A stretch of DNA of 64,000 nucleotides from Botryllus schlosseri (taxonomy: Eukaryota). The stretch covers positions 37,822,001 through 37,886,000 of the forward strand of contig CM119372.1 in NCBI GenBank assembly GCA_051294905.1. The letters are read 5' to 3'. Position numbers and translations under genes: made by a program. The notes under the pieces are model-generated. The model worked only from the letters and a program-made list of their open reading frames with translations. It was not told the origin of the DNA and searched no databases. Of the stretch, positions 1 through 14,037 are shown one piece after another (position 1 is the stretch's first letter; every line of letters starts with the position of its first letter).

Positions 1-348
1 TCAGTTAAAAAATTTCACCGGTCCTGAGGTTTATCATCCCGGTTTGTTGGAACTGCAATTGAACAGCAGCTGGCTGCCAGTAAGACTCTTGACTGAGGTA
101 TTGCTATCCTCACAGAAGCTATCACACGATCTGAATGGAAACGCGTTCGGCTTCCAAGTATAGACAGTAGACACCTCTATACGCGTCTCGCGATTGGACT
201 CTTCTATGCGACGGTTGATTACATCGACAACGAGGTAGTGGGCAGACTTTGTTGTCAAGCCAATCTTATAAAATTAACCTCAGCCTGAAGTTTAAACGAG
301 ATCTCACCAGGCAAGTTATGTGGCAACAGAGGTAATGGTTAATAATTC

Positions 349-721
349 AAAACCTCACACGGATTGAGAGAAAGTCCTTATTCCTGCCTGCAATAAAATT
401 GTAAAAAATGAAGAATTGAAAACGATCCCCATGTCAAATTATACCATTCGTAGACGTATTTGTGAAATGTCCGCAGAGATAAAAGAAAACTTAATTTCTT
501 CTTTGAAGCAGCGAAAATCCTACTTGAGTACACCGAAAAGGCAGAGGTACTTCCTCAGTGACCAGTGACCACCTATATAAGACTGTGGTTTCTGCTATAC
601 GCATTCTGGTAGTTTGCTTTTGCTGTAAGCCAAAAGAGTTCAGAACCAATGTGTTAGTGTGCCGCGAACTCTTTTTCATTTTCAAAGTGTGCCGCGAGGT
701 CAAAAAGGTTGGGAACCACTG
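349..721 (+). mobile_element. Relic of a hAT (Buster/Charlie-like) transposon: degraded transposase fragment plus right terminal inverted repeat
   Basis: 349-490 reads KPHTD*EKVLIPACNKIVK..ELKTIPMSNYTIRRRICEMSAEIKEN, matching the Buster/ZBED5 motif KPHTIxExLIxPA...IPLSNxTVxRRI. The element ends in ...aaaaaggttgggaaccactg (721) with gtgccgcga subterminal repeats. Confidence 0.7.
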
Positions 722-879
722 CACTAAATATTCGCAAACGGAAAGCTGGATATTTCGAGCAAACAATTGTAACATAGCAAGTAAAATTTTTGAGCTTGTC
801 AAGGTGCATGCTCGTTTAGTGTTGATTTTTATGCTGCCAGCGCCATGCATATACCGGGCCCACAGTTGAAATGCAATAA

Positions 880-1037
880 ATTTCAACCAAAGATGCTATA
901 ATGAAGTGAAAATTGTAATATATGAAAAAGTCCACAGTGCAGAACCTACCAAGGTTCGTTTGTGAACGTGAGCCTCTAAATATCTAAGGTTCACATACAG
1001 AACGCGAACGTGAACCTCACGTTCACACCATCCCTAC
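880..1037 (+). repeat. MITE right end (..cacaccatcccta); second copy at 16608-16737
   Basis: About 130 bp is clearly similar to 16608-16737 (aaatttca.ccaaagatg.tataatg...acctaccaaggttcgtttgtgaacg...cacaccatcccta). Confidence 0.6.
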
Positions 1038-4000
1038 TACAGGCTGTAAAACATCCAATGATAAGTTCACCGGCAGTGCAAAATCTACGATACAAACGAA
1101 ACGGAGGGGTCAAAGAAAATTTGACTTTGTACACAGTTTTGACAATTTTTTGACCTAACACTTCAGTTTTGATACAATTTTCACTTATTTTGACATGTCA
1201 AAAAAATCGCCCTAATTAAAACGCGATATCATCACATCACACATCTGGAGGTATGTACATTGTACATGTCACGCGTTACCGCAATATCACCTCGGATATC
1301 AAACCTATTCAGGTTCTCACGGAATGCTAGTAATAGTTGACCCACCGGCAATAACTTTACCAGCCCCGATATTGCACACAAAACATGGTGAACTGTAAGA
1401 TTTGAAAACGATTTATTTTGGTACATTAAATCTGTCGTTTTAGTCAAAACATCGAACCTTTTTGGTATAGGCTAGTCGCCGAGGTATTCAAACCACAGGC
1501 TTTCCAGACTATATCGTCACGATACACCCTATGAAATATAAGATCACTTCCAATATTTACAATTTGGACATATACAGCGGATGTAATAGGTAATGCCTCA
1601 TCTGATTAAGCCTGCCAAAATCGCTCTTCTGGGAAATTAATTGAAGTCGTGCAATCGCCACGAGTTGAGTTTATGTACGGACGAAATTATTTATAAATAG
1701 AAACGCCTAATCGCGAATTAATACAAGATAATAAGCACCTCGCGCAGTTCAACTTGACCGTTCTGCTACTTGGTTTTAGAATGGATCTTGGCACGTAACG
1801 CTCTCGTAATACCGCTGCACGCTCTTCTCATTGTACGTACTTGTATGGAATTAGCCCACACAGTTGCTGGTATGTGAAGCAAATGAAATTAATTGAGATT
1901 TTCACCATAATCCGATGAAATAAGAGGCATGCTGAGTAAACACATTTAATCTTACATAGTATAGCATTGCGTTTTAATACAACACAATTCTCTAATCAAT
2001 TCTCAATCATCAATGACATGAACTCTGATATATCTCATTAATTCCCAGATTGTCAATGATTACTAAGCTGAATACGGCCCGAAGTTAGTCGGGTGTATTT
2101 AGAGCAAGACTTCGTAAACACTGGGCATTGCATCAATATAGAATCAGCTAATATGAATGGGCAATGAGCATATTGCCTTGACGTGCCCAGTCACTGCCAA
2201 GGCCGAGACGCTTAGCTTCAAAATAAAAGTGATGATCGTAATACTTTTTGTTGTATTCGTATTTCGTAAATGGTAACTATGACCACCGCCCCTGTTAGAG
2301 AATAGAGAGCATAGTGTTGTATTGACGTAAAAGTTTTAAAAATGTGGATATTAAATGTTGTAGCCTATTCTGTCTCGATATGGCATTCTTGTGGCCAGGG
2401 GCCTCTACGAAATTTGAAAAGATTGTTTTTAATGCATGCATTGAAGACCTAAGTTATAAATGCATTGACATTGATTCTTCTTATTACAATTTTATGGACT
2501 TCCGTGGGCCCTGTTAGAAAGGGGTACGAGAACATTTCGTAATATCTCAAGGTGAAAGACTAAGGAAATATAATTAGGCATATAATTAAACCGAACGACT
2601 GTTAGGAACCAATATTAGTGACTCGCCAAGTTTCAAACTCATTTTACATTTTCTACCTTCATTCTGAACTGATTAGATATAGTCATTTGGTTTTCACACT
2701 ATAGTGGCTTTTACCTCAAATGCAGGTTTAATGAATACATAGTATTTTACCAGAAAATGTGGCAGGCATTAGGAAATAAATCTCCCGATCAAACGACCTC
2801 TGAGGACTGCGAACCCGGCAAACAAGGTATCAGATCAGCTGAAATATCAATTTAAAGCCTCACCTACTATAACGTACCGTTGGTGTCTGGCCATCATTAT
2901 CAAGACTAAAGTGTCGATAGTATAGCAATCAATATGACGATTATTCTTCCCTCAAAAAAGATTACAAGTGACCGGTAGTGCTATGTGTTAAGGTATACAA
3001 TACATACACAGTTACACGCGGCCGAATATCCTATAGATCGTTATCTGTATTTCGCACGACGCAGAATTTCGCCTAGCAGTATACTTGACTATTTCGATTG
3101 GATATAGATAGAAATCACGGAGGATGACGATTTCATAATCGCATAATTGCTATTTCTGCGCACATATTCGCCAGCTTCCCACACAGGCGGTGAGTCGGTT
3201 TGGAGAAGGTGCTGTCTATTTCTTTGGTAATCAGCACGACAAATTGTGAAGTCGGGTGACTCTGGTTACGGAACATTTTCAAATCGAAATATGGTGTCGC
3301 GACCATTAATGGGGAACCCCTGGCTTAGCGAATGAAAATAGTGTTTGCTGACACATGGAATCATCGCGAGGTCGTTGAAGTAACATGTGATTCTATCCTT
3401 TCGCATCACGTATGCCCCCGTATATCTAATAAACGTGTAAGCAGATATGACTATAGCTTTCAAATAGTATATTTCGAATATGAATTTCGTAGTTTCAGTA
3501 GATTCAGTAGTTAACAGACAATATGAGACAAATTCTAAGTCAGCCTTGGCGTTTGCGACAAACAGTATGCTGACATTGCTCACTCAACGGACAGCAACTG
3601 TAATTTCTTCTGTATCTGCAGCCCTATCTACGAACATACAAGATATATTCCATAAACTGAAGAAATTAAACATCTCGCAGATTACGCAGTTCTCGAGTAT
3701 AGTTCGCGGGAATCACGGTCGTCTATAGCGACACTGCGACAGACCGTCGTTAACGTATGGAAAACTATAATGACAGAGTATAGCATCAGCTAATCTCACA
3801 CTTGCATTAGTGAGACTCGGTTGCAAAATATGAGAGATGAGTAAAATGTCTGGAAGGATATGAACTTTATACTCCTATTGTATTTACAACTACCTGAGGC
3901 TTTTGTCGGTATATTTTTGGATAATCCTGTATCAAGGTAAATATCCTCTATTCGTAGATGAACATGATTTTCTAAAACTATATACCATGACTTTTTTTTA

Positions 4001-4873
4001 CATTTGATTAGGAACACTGTCATCCATGGCAAGGTGACTATTATTTCTCAACTATTGGAGATGTTGCTCACGACCACGGGGTGGAAATTTGCCTGGATGA
4101 TATGTGAATAATAGCTGATATAGCCAATCATTGTGCTGAGCGGGCCGATGAGGAGCGAACTGCTTAAAAACGCATTCCGCAATTATCCGTCCACACATGG
4201 ACAAGCCTTTTGGCAGTCATAATTTTGCATAGACGCAATAAATGTGCGTAACTTATGAATCGCATATGACAGGCTCTACGGTGAAACAATATAATATGTA
4301 TTATTGTTAACGATAATTATTTTCAAAATGCAATCTAACCTCGTATAACTCACTGAGCTACAGACTGTCATTCTCGGATAGATCATTTACAACTATCGGC
4401 GTCAGAATAAGACTGACTTGAAAAGGTACAATTAGCCGCTGTGGAACCATCATTATTATAGCTTTCAATGACGAACTTTGGTAAACAAGTCTTCTATAAT
4501 TCTAACAATGCTTTGTATCGCATCAGCTCGTGCACTATATTGCATCAGTACTACTGAGTAACGAGGTATTGCCATATAACAGAATATATTCTTTATACCA
4601 TTTTGTACAGATAAAAAAGATTACAGACGTATAGAGACGAATCGCCACTCATCATCTCAACATATTAAGGAATTCCCAACAAACAGCCGATAAGAATTTT
4701 TGCGCTTAGCGCGAGAAAGCATGATCAGAATTGCCCTGCCATTATACTATGCTCTCGTATTATTATGAATATATGAGTGTGTATTATGTAATTCTTATAC
4801 ATTCGAATTTCCATCTGGCTCAATAAAGTTTACGCTCCGTTGGAGTGCTAACAACAAGACCTCGTCGTATCGC

Positions 4874-5151
4874 CTGAGGCGAGATAGCGTAGTGGCATAA
4901 TCCACAGCTACAACATCAATGGGTTGTGGGTTCGAGTCCGACCGAGGTCGGCTCCAGAATTTCTACCTAAGTGTTGGAGGTTTATCTGGGCTCCTCCTCT
5001 CCATCCCGTCCGCGTAAGCGGCGTCTTAAAAGCCTAGAAGTGGGTCGTGCTACAACTCGGCAGTTACGGAATCAAAATATCAGTAATATCGGCCTGGTGT
5101 AAATGACCATTGTAGTCGACAAACACCATGAATACCACAATCAAACAAAAA
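4874..5151 (+). mobile_element. tRNA-derived SINE, copy 1
   Basis: Pol III box A (tagcgtagtgg) and box B (ggttcgagtcc), and a caaa-type tail. Degenerate TSD cctcgtcgtatcgc (4860-4873) / ccttgtcgtgtcgc (5152-5165). Three more copies occur in the window. Confidence 0.85.
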
Positions 5152-5218
5152 CCTTGTCGTGTCGCGGTTTCCGTGTCTACAATACAGGCTGCTGCGAATT
5201 ATGTCAAAGTAATGTACG

Positions 5219-5772
5219 TAGGTTAGTTGTTTAAAGCACTTTGTATAAAACATGTTTCAAACAGTGCTCCAAACCCAGGCCTTTAAAAAAAAGTATTTTA
5301 AAGTTATATAATTATGCCATAATTGTGTAAATACTTCCTAAAAACATGTTGTATGAGCCTACGGACGATGATTAGGCTATCACCCGATATAGCCGACGCA
5401 TACGATATGGAATGGTTGGAACCCTCGAAATAGTCGGCTCAACAGCTATAGTACACACATTTCGTAGATATATATCATTTGTACGGAATGAATGTTCTGA
5501 TGATGATGACCGCCGACCGTACAAATGCTGCAAGATAATGTAGTCCTCGCTGAAGATATTTTTGGTCCGTATATGATAGGGTTTGGAAGCATATTTCTTC
5601 AAAGGAGCTATATTTACCGTATATTTTCATTGGTGAGTATCAATCCAATCACAATTGAATATAGGCGTGACGTCACGGCTTATAAAAAAAAACAATAAAA
5701 ACATCTTTCAAACAAAGGCCTTCTTTTAAACATGTTTGTTATAAATGAATTTTTGTTTTAAAAACAACCCTA
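5219..5772 (+). mobile_element. hAT-type MITE (TAGG...CCCTA termini), same family as 11206-11645
   Basis: Colinear similarity to 11206-11645 (aaaacatgttgtatgagcctacggac..., tcaaaggagctatatttacc...), plus an extra internal segment. Confidence 0.7.
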
Positions 5773-7094
5773 ACTTACGTGAATGAGGTCAGGTCCGTCG
5801 AAAGAAAAATATACGCAGCGAATACGCAACGCAACCTTCTGGAGTCATATAACACATCAGTCTAAACACGTTAACATTCGCTCTGGGTTCGGAGCACTCA
5901 ATTAGGTATTGCCTGATGTGCTACTTCCTAAAGTTCTTCAGTTTTACGTAACAATTCTATATGAGAACTACTTATATTTTGCAATTTGGATTATGAAAGC
6001 AGACAGTGGTTTTCAGATACGCTTGTATCACCTTCATGAGTGGTATTGTCATAACGAACGGGCGAAAGAGTCTCTGTATCACGGTAACTGAATATATTTT
6101 CGAACATGGCACCTATTGGCAATGACATGACTTATTTTGCATAAGTTGCGAAGATACAACCTGCAATTGAGAACGTGGCCACCTCCGATTAACTGCTAAA
6201 ACCATGCGATATAATCTACTTTTTCAAAACTACCTACTTTGAGTAATTTTCGTTTCCTTCATTTCCTACTTCCATTTTTAATTGTCGAGAAATTAATTAA
6301 TTCTACCCCAAAGCCGACGCTAACTACTTTCACCATCTCTGAGTATTACTACTTTATTAGAGACGATAATGAAATTTCCAAACGGGTGAATTGCAGTATA
6401 AATGATGATGACATCAAAATCTGTTAACGAAGTAGTTATTTCCAAGTAGGTATTGATTTCACAGATTGGGGCTAATGAATGCCGGACTAGTACAGTACCT
6501 GGAGCGGAATAATTGATTATGATCATTACATCCATTTAATAATTAATATTGAATATACGAGGTTGCTAGGTGTGCTTGAGGTCCATCACGTATTCAGCAG
6601 ACTACTCTCCATAAACTATGGCATTAGAGTCCTATTGAGATTATTAGCATTTAAGCATTTACTGAAATCCTCCCATCACTATTTAGACGGCTTGTCTGGT
6701 TTATGGAGAGACTTCGCGTAGGAGACTATACTTAGACGTTTAAAACCGCTATTAAAATGAATATGCTATCAAATTCCGTACGGGTAAAACATAGTAGTAT
6801 TCGCTTCCTTTCAATATTCTTACATGAGTTGATGCCGGCATTCCACTCCAATCTTCCACTATCAATTTACCAGTATTCTAACGTAGTGAGTTAAACGCAA
6901 TCTCGGGTTTTGTCTTTCCACTGGTTTAATTACATAGCTACTGTGATGGTTGTCTGGATATCATTGTGTGCGCGCAAGTGCCCCGAGGTACTGGAAAGAG
7001 TTCACTCGTGTGTATCTTGGCAATATTTTGGTCATGTTTCGCGATGCGGTGGTCATTAATATTAATAGTTATTTCGCGCATTCCAGGTGTATTA

Positions 7095-8307
7095 CACTGG
7101 CCAACAAAATGAAAAAGAATTTATTTGACAGAACATCTAGGAGCCGTTTCTGGAGTTTTCAAAGTTCCTGATTACGAATATCACATTAGTTTTGCCAGGT
7201 TGGCTCCAGAAAGAAGATATTTATACCCCTAAAAAAGCTTAAAATCACTGTATTTACCCTTGAATATTTTACTTGGTTGGAAGTAGATCTTGGATTTTTT
7301 TACTTTTACAATGCGAATAAATAGTTAATTGACTACGGTAAACATTCATGTCATTCTCAGCTATTCCATCAATATTAACATGACCTTATGCGAGAAATTT
7401 GTTTGTTAAAAAAGAAGTTTGTCAAGCCTAAAAATTGTACTTTTGCACAGTGGAAATACATTTTCTCCTCTACCAATTAGTCATTCTACCAAGATGAAAG
7501 AGAAGGATAAATTTGTCCCTGGGAAGCTTAACTAAAATACTCATATGCGTCTCATCTCTTTTCACTACTAAATGGATAATTTTCCGTAAAGCCAACAAAG
7601 TGGGTATACCCAATATCCATATCAAACGAGAAGCTTAAATCTGGAATCTTTGATGGATCTCAGACTCGAATACGGACTAAGGATTACAATTTCATATTAG
7701 AAGAGGTGCTCACTGAATGGAAGCTCTTCTAGGATGAAGTAAATAAAACTTTTTGGAAGATTACAAAGCACCCAACTATACAAACAGTTGGTCCGAGAAT
7801 TGGTATCTGCACATGGAAACCTTGAAGCAAACATGAGCATTAAATCTCACTTCCTGTTCAGTCATCTTGCAATATTTTCTGATAATATTGTGGATTAGAG
7901 CGAATAGAAAGGGGAGAGATCCACCAATACATCAAATCAACAAAAGAAAGGTATTAGTGCAGATGCGACGAACATATTATGGCAGACTGTTGCTGGAACG
8001 TTTCGAAAAACTGCACTAAACTGCTTACAACCGAAAATAGTGCGAGAACCAATTTTGATTTAAAACAGTCTTCAGCGTGTCAAAATAACAAGTAGAGTGC
8101 ATTTCTGAACTTAATAGTACGACTGAGCAGATTTTCTATCAAGCCCATACAGCGAAAACATGAGATTTTCGTCAAAATAGCCCCATGGATTATCTCCTAA
8201 AATAGGGTCAATTTGAATAAAACGGACGTCATATTCGGAATCAGTGTCCTTCTGAACCCCCCAAACCAATCTTACTTTGTCTGCCTCAAAATATGTGTCG
8301 ACCAGTG
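7095..8307 (+). mobile_element. Chapaev3-type (CMC) DNA transposon, internally deleted, with degraded transposase C-terminus
   Basis: Termini CACTGG...CCAGTG flanked by a TTA/TTA 3-bp TSD. 7640-8000 reads GIFDGSQ...NMSIKSHFLFSHL..FSDN...GER.HQ.IK..K.RY...IMADCCW, the conserved Chapaev3 transposase C-terminal motif, with stops and frameshifts. Confidence 0.8.
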
Positions 8308-8951
8308 TTATCAATTACATAAAGAGGGAAAACGTGAAGTAGTCAGTACAGCATTGGGTCCTTAACTTATTCAGTTTACGGCTAAGTAGAATAATCATCA
8401 AATGCTCGCGGCACGCTTGGAAGAGAAGGAATGTTGCTTGAGAAAAGTTTCTTTTCGCTTGTTAATGCACAGAGGTGTTTCGTTATTCGTTCTTCTACGA
8501 CTGAAACGAGGTTGCATTATTGTTGATAAATATTTTGTTGTCAATTCCAGGCTTTCAGTCTCTCTCGTTTGCAGCCTCTAATTTGTCAAAACAAGGAAAC
8601 TAGTATTTCATTGCCATGGCGTTATAATTCTGATTTAATTCGTACCGACGATCGACTAGGATTAGCGAGGATACGCCCGAAATTCATTTAAATATTGAAT
8701 ATATAATAATACAGCAATTTTTCCAAATTCCAAACAGATTCATGTCACACCTAGGAAGCTGTTTCGAGAGACTAAATACTGAGCCTCGGAACACGGTTTG
8801 ACACACATTTTCATCGACATTACGGCGTTTTCTGATAATAAACATTCTTGGGTAACTGTTTATCAAAAACGTGCGTTTGATATGAATATAGTGTGGAATA
8901 GATAGTCTCTCTCTCTCTTTCTCTGGCACACGTGGTGCTTACGTGCAGAAC

Positions 8952-9271
8952 CAGACTTGTACAAACTACTGTATTTTCAAAAAGCGCAACTATAACTAGA
9001 ACTAGAACTAGTCAATTTTTAAAACTCATAACTATAACTGGAACTAGAACCACCCGATTTTTCAAATCCGCAGCCAGAACTAGAATTAGAACTAGCCAAT
9101 TTTCAAAATCTGCAACTATGGAACTAGAACTAGCCTATTTTCAAAATCCGCAACTAGAACTACAACTACAACTACTCAATTTTCAAAATCAGCAACTGGA
9201 ACTAGAACTACTCAAAAAACCGTTAGTTAGTTGACCATCAACTAACTAAATGGGTAGTTTGTACAAGTCTG
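8952..9271 (+). mobile_element. MITE with 18-bp TIRs and internal (AACTAG)n / tttcaaaatc.gcaacta tandem units
   Basis: TIR cagacttgtacaaactac ... gtagtttgtacaagtctg. Partial copies at about 10430-10605 and 41085-41220. No clear TSD. Confidence 0.7.
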
Positions 9272-11205
9272 CCTGAATAGCTTTACTGGTAGTCCTACAG
9301 ACTTCAATACATATGGTATGCGCACACATGTGGTAGACTTTTGTTTTGTGACTCACTGAAAATTAAGGGTTCTCCGAAGGCTTGTAGATTAGCGTAGGGC
9401 AGACCTGGGCACTTACCTGCCCGTGAACCAAATACGGATTATACGGGTACGTGAAAAGTGCGGAGAACATTTTGAAGAAAAACATAATCTGTCCCAAAAG
9501 ACACTATTTCATGTTGATTTACGAAATATTTTGGATTCACATTCGAGCATTTCCCATTTTCAAAACTTTAGTTTTACTTTTCGCAGGAAACATGATTATA
9601 ATAAAGCACATCAAATCATTTAGCGTGCTATGAAAATGGCACGCGTGGCAGGGATATCCGATCCCTGGAATAATCTATATTCATAATAAACTCGATATAA
9701 CATGGATTAATTTAAGTCAGGCTTATGAATTTGGACGACCTGCCAGCGAAATTACCAATACAACAAGACGATTTTATCAACCTACATACCGCTCGGGATA
9801 GCGACCAAGCTGTAACATCCCATACATTTTGGTGTTTTAATAGAAGAACGTGTCTGTGGGTTGGTGTGACTAAAAAGAGTTCACCATGTTTCTTGTTTAC
9901 CATTGTTACGAATAATTACGTGAGATAGATATTATATTTGTACTTTGACTATAAATTCTTAATTGCCCAATAGTAACACATCCACCCAGAAGCTTGTGTT
10001 AACCACGTTATTCATTGTTTTCAATTTATAAATTATTAGATATTAATACACCGCCGAATATAGTGCAAACTTTTGATTTAGTTCGCCAACGTAATTGCTG
10101 CCTGTCATTCTCAAAAACTAGTTGCCCATCTGTGACGTAGAGGTTCCCAAGTCAGTAAAGGTTAGGAACCGTACAGGACTGGATTTCGTGCTCGTATTAA
10201 GTATACTAATTTTTATTTTATCGGAAATATCAGACATTGAATCGACATTTCAAAGGAACGGGATTTCGAGTTTGAAATGGGAGAGATTCCGACCCCAAAA
10301 AGTCACCCGCTGGCTACGCCACTGTTAGTAGTGATGGCTTTGAGCGAGCAATGGCAGCACAAACGTCGCTCAACATAATACCGGCCTCTCAATTCGCCGA
10401 AAACCACAGCACGTGCTCTCTAGTTGTTCAGCAACTAATATTTTTTCAGATGTGCAACTACAACTAGAACTACAGAATTTTCAGAATCTGCAACTAGAAC
10501 TACTCAATTTTCAAAATCCGCAACTAGGACTGGAACTAGAACTACTCAAAAAACCGTTAGTTGGTTGACGATCAACTAACCAAATGTTTAGTTTGTACAA
10601 GTCTATGCCGAACTCTTTTATATTAAATATCACGGACGAGTGTTCAGTGGTGGAGCTGCATATCGCGCAGCGGTAGGTGACAGCATTAACTTGCACTCTG
10701 AGTCTCAAAGTTGGAATGTCGAATCCCTTGTGGCATTCTGCAGTGAACATAGCAGGTCAATGAAGATCACCGCTTCGAATTATATTAAAAGCATATTTAT
10801 GAGAAGAGATTAGGATAAGTCTGTGTGAATCCGTTGGTACACGTATATAGATTGAACTATTCAATGGATTTGTAAACGATATTAATTGGTCATATCAAAT
10901 CCAGGAATTCGAGTAACGAAGAAATACGCGTCAAGCTAATAGTGGAATATAGTTTATAACTTTTAATTGCAAAACTATCGCCGATAGTTTGAGCAGCAAC
11001 TGACGTTATTCCATCGAGACGTCTCGCACGTAGAAATATACATTTCTGATGTAAACCGCAGACGCGAGATTGTAAAGATCCCCAGAATTTATTATGGCTA
11101 CTGTGCCTGGATGTAAACGTGCACTGCAGCCGTGACCTTAAACAAATTTACATTAGTACCTGCGCGTCACAGTGCGACTATACAGATAGTATGTATCGTA
11201 GAAAC

Positions 11206-11645
11206 TAGGGTTGCATTTAAAACAAACGGTGTTTTAAAGCACTTTGTTCAAAATATGTTTTAAACAATGTTTTAAATGAATGCCTTTTTTTTTTAAGTTG
11301 TGTTTTTTCAAGTTGTGAAATTATGCTATAATTGTGTAAATACTTTCGAAAAAACATGTTGTATGAGCCTACGGACAATTACCACCCGATATAGCTGACA
11401 CATATCGATATGGGATAGTTGGAACCCGCAAAATATTCGGTTCAACATTAATAGTTCAGATATCTCGTCAAAGGAGCTATATTTACCCTATATTTTCAAT
11501 TGTCAATGTCAATCCACTATGCCGTCACAATTCAATATTGGTGACGACATGGCTTTGAAAAACAACAATAAAAACATCTTTTATATGAGGGCCTTGTTTT
11601 AAACATGCTTGTTTTAGATTGATTTTTGTTTTAAATACAACGTTA
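11206..11645 (+). mobile_element. hAT-type MITE
   Basis: TIR tagggttgcatttaaaacaaa / tttgttttaaatacaacgtta, with a perfect 8-bp TSD gtagaaac (11198-11205, 11646-11653). Confidence 0.85.
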
Positions 11646-13755
11646 GTAGAAACCAGTGTTGCATATACAATTCAACATTCATTCGTCCGTTATAGTGTCC
11701 GTACTTGTATACTAATAAAATGGAAGGATGATAGCGACACTATGAGTGACAAGATGGTTCCGAACTGACATCTACTGAATGAAAACACCTATAAAATGCC
11801 GGTACTACTAAGAAGAACGTTTGAAAACGTTTTTATATAATATTTACCTTCAAACTGCGAAAGCTATTGACTTGTTGTGCGACGTGCGGAAACAAACATG
11901 TTTGAGCTGAAACTCCGCGGTAGATTATATGTATTATTCAGGACAATAATGAAAACTTCACTGTGTTTCATTTGATCTCATGGCTTAGTATACGAGTAAG
12001 CAACCGCTGCGTTAATACCCGAGTGAATTACAATCACGTTATCCTATTATTGTGGTGGCCGATAAGAAATCACTGATACACGCATATTCGGTGAGTTCAT
12101 TGTTTTGCGTTGAAACTTGCGTGTGTTTGATGATATGAAGTTGCGGCATTTTCGCAGTAGATACGCAATTCAATACGAAATCCTTTAATCAGCCTCATCT
12201 CTCATCGTGTCCTTTCGATATTAGGCACATCTTTTCCGGATGCGTTGAAATTGCGAAAGTGACGCGCCTAATACAGATGGGCATGACTGTATTTCGAATC
12301 TTGTGGCGTGATTCCAATCAGACTCACCTTTAGATATTATTTCTGTTTGCAGTGTGCTAAGGCAGCGTCTGCAAAGTGCAAACCAGTGTTTCGCGACAGG
12401 TCAACAGTAAACTGACATAAAAGTCTTGCAAAATCGTTAATGGGCTCCGAAGATCCCCGGAAGATCTAGTAATGCAGGGTAAAAAATAGAGCCTGTTCAA
12501 GGCCCGAAATCAACCCGAACTTATACAATTACACAGTTAACTTATTACAAGATAAGATCATCATAAATCATTATGCTACAATACTGACACCAAGCGTCCA
12601 GTGCGACTAAATCTCCGGCAACAGACGGGAGTCTACGTATAGGCAGAAAAAAGAAATTAATTTGAGTTTAAATTTAGCATTCTGACATATGTTTACGTCA
12701 TCTGTTCTAGTTCAAGTTTGCCTTCATAAAACTAACAAACAAAGCTGAACCTTTTATGACCCCCCACCATCCCTATCAAATACTATTTTAGATCAATGCA
12801 TATCCAAATTGGCCTAGACAACAGTTATCGTTCGGTGTTCCACGGCGTTGGGCCTCCGACGATTCCTACTATCCAATAGCAAATCTTGAGCTATCATCGG
12901 CTACTTTCCAGGGCGCTATACATGATGCATGCGAAATGCCTTCAGAATCTATGTTTTGGTGACCAAATACTTAGCTCAGATTGCCGGTTCGCAACCCTTG
13001 GATAATAGTTTTACACTTCGAAAGCCCCGGCGTATTTCATGTGTAATATTGGTATCTCTTCGAAAGGTCACACGATATTCTACTCAGCAACGCGTGTCCT
13101 CACAGGTGGTGTAATAAGTGAGATGTGTTCGAAACGCATAGGTACCTTTCGCCAGTCAGAGTCCGCGCAACTAGGAACTTTTAGTCTCAAATCAGGGCTT
13201 GTTATAATTTTCAGGGACGTTGTCATCCCATACGACAGATCGGTAGAGGACGTACGAGAGCAACTAAATGCAGGCAAACTCCGCCACTTCGAACAAAAAG
13301 CATTTAAGATTCAGGGGATAATGCAAAATGAAACTTACAAGGCAGCGAGAACGTTGCTGGGAAAAGACCTCGGTGTGATTTTATGATCGGCACCATAATT
13401 GTGAGGACAACTGCTCAGCGGTCATTGATCCGCTGCGGCAACTCCACACTAGAAAGCAGCCGAAACACGCTTTCTCATTATCGTAATTGTTTAAAGATTA
13501 TCGGCAACAATTTAATTTATCGGTCCAACGGCGTTTGAATTCAAGGAAAGACAATTCCTTGAAAGCGGAAGGGTCGAAAAGGTTCTCCGGCGTTCTGTGT
13601 TTTTGACAGTCTTTTCCCTCCCTCTGCCAAAAGTCTGTATAGCTCTTTTCTCTGGTGCATTGACCTTTTCTGGTTACCCCAGACCACTGTTATGTAATGC
13701 AAAAGTCATTACAATTAATTAAGTAAAAAGTGCATCGTTAATGACCCTTTCTGGT

Positions 13756-14037
13756 GTATTTGTTTGTTTGTGGTATTCATGGTGTTTGTCGACTACTATG
13801 GTCATTTACACCAGGCCAATAATCTTCATTTTTATTCCGTAGCTGCTGACTAGTAGCACGGCCAATTTCTAGGCTTTTTATAAGATACCGCTTACGCGGA
13901 TGAGATGGCGAGGAAAAGCCTAGAAAAACCTCCAACACTTAAGTAGGAATTCTGGAGTAGACCTCGGTCGGATTCGAACCTGCAACCCATTGGTGTTGCA
14001 GCTATGGATTATACCACTACGCTATCCCGCCACCGCC
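13756..14037 (-). mobile_element. tRNA-derived SINE, copy 2
   Basis: Reverse complement matches 4874-5151. 12-bp TSD accctttctggt (13744-13755, 14038-14049). Confidence 0.85.

Noticed and set aside
4878..4950. Possible tRNA gene (box A/box B)
   Set aside because: No complete cloverleaf or acceptor stem is evident. It is the head of a multi-copy SINE with a tail and TSDs.
8932..9234. 100-aa repetitive ORF, and a CRISPR-like appearance of the repeat
   Set aside because: It is a translation of tandem repeats inside a MITE. There are no unique spacers or cas genes, and the context is eukaryotic.
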